In this document: one piece after another, positions 61,668 to 64,000 of the stretch
Layout: each line of letters starts with the position of its first letter
Numbering within the stretch: position 1 is the stretch's first letter
Source: Longimicrobiales bacterium
GTDB taxonomy: Bacteria > Gemmatimonadota > Gemmatimonadetes > Longimicrobiales > Gaopeijiaceae
Length of the DNA stretch: 64,000 nucleotides
Assembly (NCBI GenBank): GCA_965219445.1
Contig: CBDCNQ010000005.1
Coordinates: 1,056,001 to 1,120,000, forward strand
Direction of reading: 5' to 3'
Program-made: the position numbers and the translations under genes
Notes under the pieces: generated by a model
Databases searched by the model: none
Seen by the model: only the letters and a program-made list of their open reading frames with translations
What the model was told of the DNA's origin: nothing

Positions 61668-64000
61668 ATGGGCAAGTCCACTCCCAATGGCGGCCGCACC
61701 GAAGCTCTCCAGGCGGCTCTAGCGAGGCGTGTCCTCGTTCTGGACGGTGCGATGGGCACGATGATCCAGAGCTATGGGCTGGCCGAGGACGATTTCCGCG
61801 GTGAGGACTACCGCGATCAACCGGACGCTCTCTTTGGCGCCAACGATCTGTTGTCCGTCACGCAGCCGGACATCATTTACGAGATCCACCGGGCTTATCT
61901 CGAGGCCGGCTCGGACATCATCGAGACGAACACGTTCAACGCACAGGCGATCTCACTCTCCGACTATGGACTCGAGGCGGAAGCGTATCGGCTGAACGTG
62001 GCTGCGGCCGCGTTGGCCCGACGGGCGGCGGATGAGATGACCGCTCGAACCGCCGACAAGCCTCGTTTCGTGTGCGGCAGCATCGGCCCAACCAACCGTA
62101 CCGCATCCATCTCTCCGAACGTGGAGGACCCCGCGTTCCGGAACGTCAACTTCGACGCGCTGGTGCAGGCATACACGGATCAGGCCCGTGGGCTCATGGA
62201 CGGAGGGGCCGACATCCTGATGGTCGAGACGATCTTCGACACCCTCAACGCAAAGGCCGCTACCTTCGCGATCCTCGGGCTTTTCGAGGCGACGGGTGCA
62301 TCCCTTCCAGTGATGATCTCGGGAACGATCACGGATGCCAGCGGACGCACACTGAGCGGGCAGACGACCGAGGCTTTCTACAACTCCATCCGGCACGCCC
62401 AACCATTCTCGGTGGGGCTGAACTGTGCCCTGGGGGCGGAGCAACTTCGACCCTACCTGGAGGAGCTGTCCCAGATCGCTGACGTGCCGGTGAGTTGTCA
62501 CCCGAACGCCGGACTTCCGAACGCCTTCGGGGAGTATGACGAAACGCCGAACATCACGTCGGGCATCATCCGGGAGTTCGCCGACGCTGGATTCGTCAAC
62601 ATCGCGGGCGGCTGTTGCGGCACCAAACCTGCCCACGTCGAGGCGATCGCTGACGCGGTCGCGGACATTCGACCCCGAACCATTCCCAAGCACGAGCCCC
62701 GGTGCCGACTGAGCGGACTCGAAGCCCTCACGATCGGTCCGGAATCGCTGTTCGCGGATATCGGAGAGCGCACGAACGTCACAGGCTCGAAGCGTTTCCG
62801 AGACCTCATCACCGACGGCGACTATGAGGCCGCTGTCGAGGTGGCCCGACAGCAAGTGGCGAGCGGTGCGCAGATGCTCGACATCAACATGGACGAGGGT
62901 CTGCTCGATTCGGTCGAGGCCATGACCACGTTCCTGAATCTGCTCGGCTCGGAACCGTCCGTGAGCCGAATCCCTTTCGTGGTGGATTCGTCGCGCTGGG
63001 ACGTTATCGAAGCCGGGCTCAAGTGCGTGCAGGGCAAGAGCATCGTGAACTCGATCAGCCTCAAGGACGGAGAGGCGGCATTCGTCGAAAAGGCTCGCCT
63101 CGCAAGGCGGTACGGAGCCGCTGTGATCGTCATGGCGTTCGACGAGGAAGGCCAAGCGGACACGGTTGAACGCAAGGTCGCTATATGTGAACGCGCGGGC
63201 CAGGCGCTTGACGAACAGGTGGGCTTCCCGCCAGAGGACGTGATCTTCGACCCCAATATTTTCGCGGTGGGCACCGGGATCGAAGAACACAATGAGTACG
63301 CCATCGCCTTCATCGAAGCCACTCGGCAAATCAAGGAGCGTATTCCGCACGTCCACGTGAGCGGAGGGCTGAGCAACGTTTCATTCGCGTTCCGTGGGAG
63401 CCCACGGGTGCGCGAGGCAATGCACACGGCGTTCCTCTACCACGCCATCCAGGCGGGCTTGGACATGGCGATCGTCAACGCTGGAGCGCTCCCGGTATAC
63501 GACGACGTGCCCACGGAGCTCCTTGATGCGGTCGAGGACGTGCTCTTCAACCGGCGCCCCGACGCCACCGAGCGCGTAACGGCACTCGCCGAGCGGTACG
63601 CCGGAGCGACGCAAGAGCAGGTCGTGATCGACCAGAAGTGGCGATCCGATCCGGTGGAAGATCGTCTTCGATACGCGCTCGTGCACGGGATCACAGAGCA
63701 CATCCAGGACGATACGGAAGAGGCGAGGGGCCAAAGGGCTCGGGCTCTTGACGTGATCGAGGGCCCCCTCATGGACGGCATGAATGAGGTCGGAGATCTG
63801 TTCGGTTCCGGAAAGATGTTCTTACCACAGGTGGTGAAAAGCGCCCGGGTCATGAAGGAGGCCGTGGCCTATCTGGAGCCGTTCCTGGAGGCGGAGAAGG
63901 CCGAAGACGGGCAGCGCGAGACGTCCGGTAGACGCGTACTCATGGCCACCGTGAAGGGCGACGTGCATGACATCGGCAAGAACATCGTGTCCGTGGTGCT
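61668..64000 (+). CDS. metH: Cobalamin-dependent methionine synthase, 3' partial
   Basis: Read manually: [42 protein letters not shown]; runs off the end of the window. Confidence 0.97.
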   Translation, partial: MGKSTPNGGRTEALQAALARRVLVLDGAMGTMIQSYGLAEDDFRGEDYRDQPDALFGANDLLSVTQPDIIYEIHRAYLEAGSDIIETNTFNAQAISLSDYGLEAEAYRLNVAAAALARRAADEMTARTADKPRFVCGSIGPTNRTASISPNVEDPAFRNVNFDALVQAYTDQARGLMDGGADILMVETIFDTLNAKAATFAILGLFEATGASLPVMISGTITDASGRTLSGQTTEAFYNSIRHAQPFSVGLNCALGAEQLRPYLEELSQIADVPVSCHPNAGLPNAFGEYDETPNITSGIIREFADAGFVNIAGGCCGTKPAHVEAIADAVADIRPRTIPKHEPRCRLSGLEALTIGPESLFADIGERTNVTGSKRFRDLITDGDYEAAVEVARQQVASGAQMLDINMDEGLLDSVEAMTTFLNLLGSEPSVSRIPFVVDSSRWDVIEAGLKCVQGKSIVNSISLKDGEAAFVEKARLARRYGAAVIVMAFDEEGQADTVERKVAICERAGQALDEQVGFPPEDVIFDPNIFAVGTGIEEHNEYAIAFIEATRQIKERIPHVHVSGGLSNVSFAFRGSPRVREAMHTAFLYHAIQAGLDMAIVNAGALPVYDDVPTELLDAVEDVLFNRRPDATERVTALAERYAGATQEQVVIDQKWRSDPVEDRLRYALVHGITEHIQDDTEEARGQRARALDVIEGPLMDGMNEVGDLFGSGKMFLPQVVKSARVMKEAVAYLEPFLEAEKAEDGQRETSGRRVLMATVKGDVHDIGKNIVSVV

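Overview
The window has two parts. Part 1 (1-~23,590) is the right-hand portion of a GC-rich integrative conjugative element (ICE). It carries a partial VirB10, VirB5/TrbJ-like, VirB6, VirB8, an unknown protein, a VirD4-like coupling protein, a VirB11/CpaF ATPase, a very acidic 66-aa protein, ArdC and a PD-(D/E)XK replication-relaxation-like protein. Its cargo is a 3,296-aa FN3/SwmB/Calx-beta/beta-barrel surface protein preceded by a (GGAGCCG)20 repeat, followed by AlpA and a P4-like tyrosine integrase. Part 2 (~23,590-64,000) is host chromosome; I infer a Gemmatimonadota-like host from gene content. It holds a type IV pilus/competence region: pilN, pilM, minor pilins, two PilS/PilR pairs, two pilA copies, two TMTC-like glycosyltransferases plus a GT2, pilCTB, comEA and a SprA-like barrel. 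Housekeeping genes include sodA, dinB, lptFG, a Ser/Ser DapF-like protein and metH. The element ends at a short palindrome inside the pilN 3' end rather than at a tRNA. The pilus locus shows several independent lesions: a pilM frameshift plus nonsense codon, a 13-nt deletion in pilA2, and MITE insertions in minor-pilin leaders. A MITE family with covarying hairpin structure occurs four times. All protein calls come from motif recognition by eye; no database search was run.
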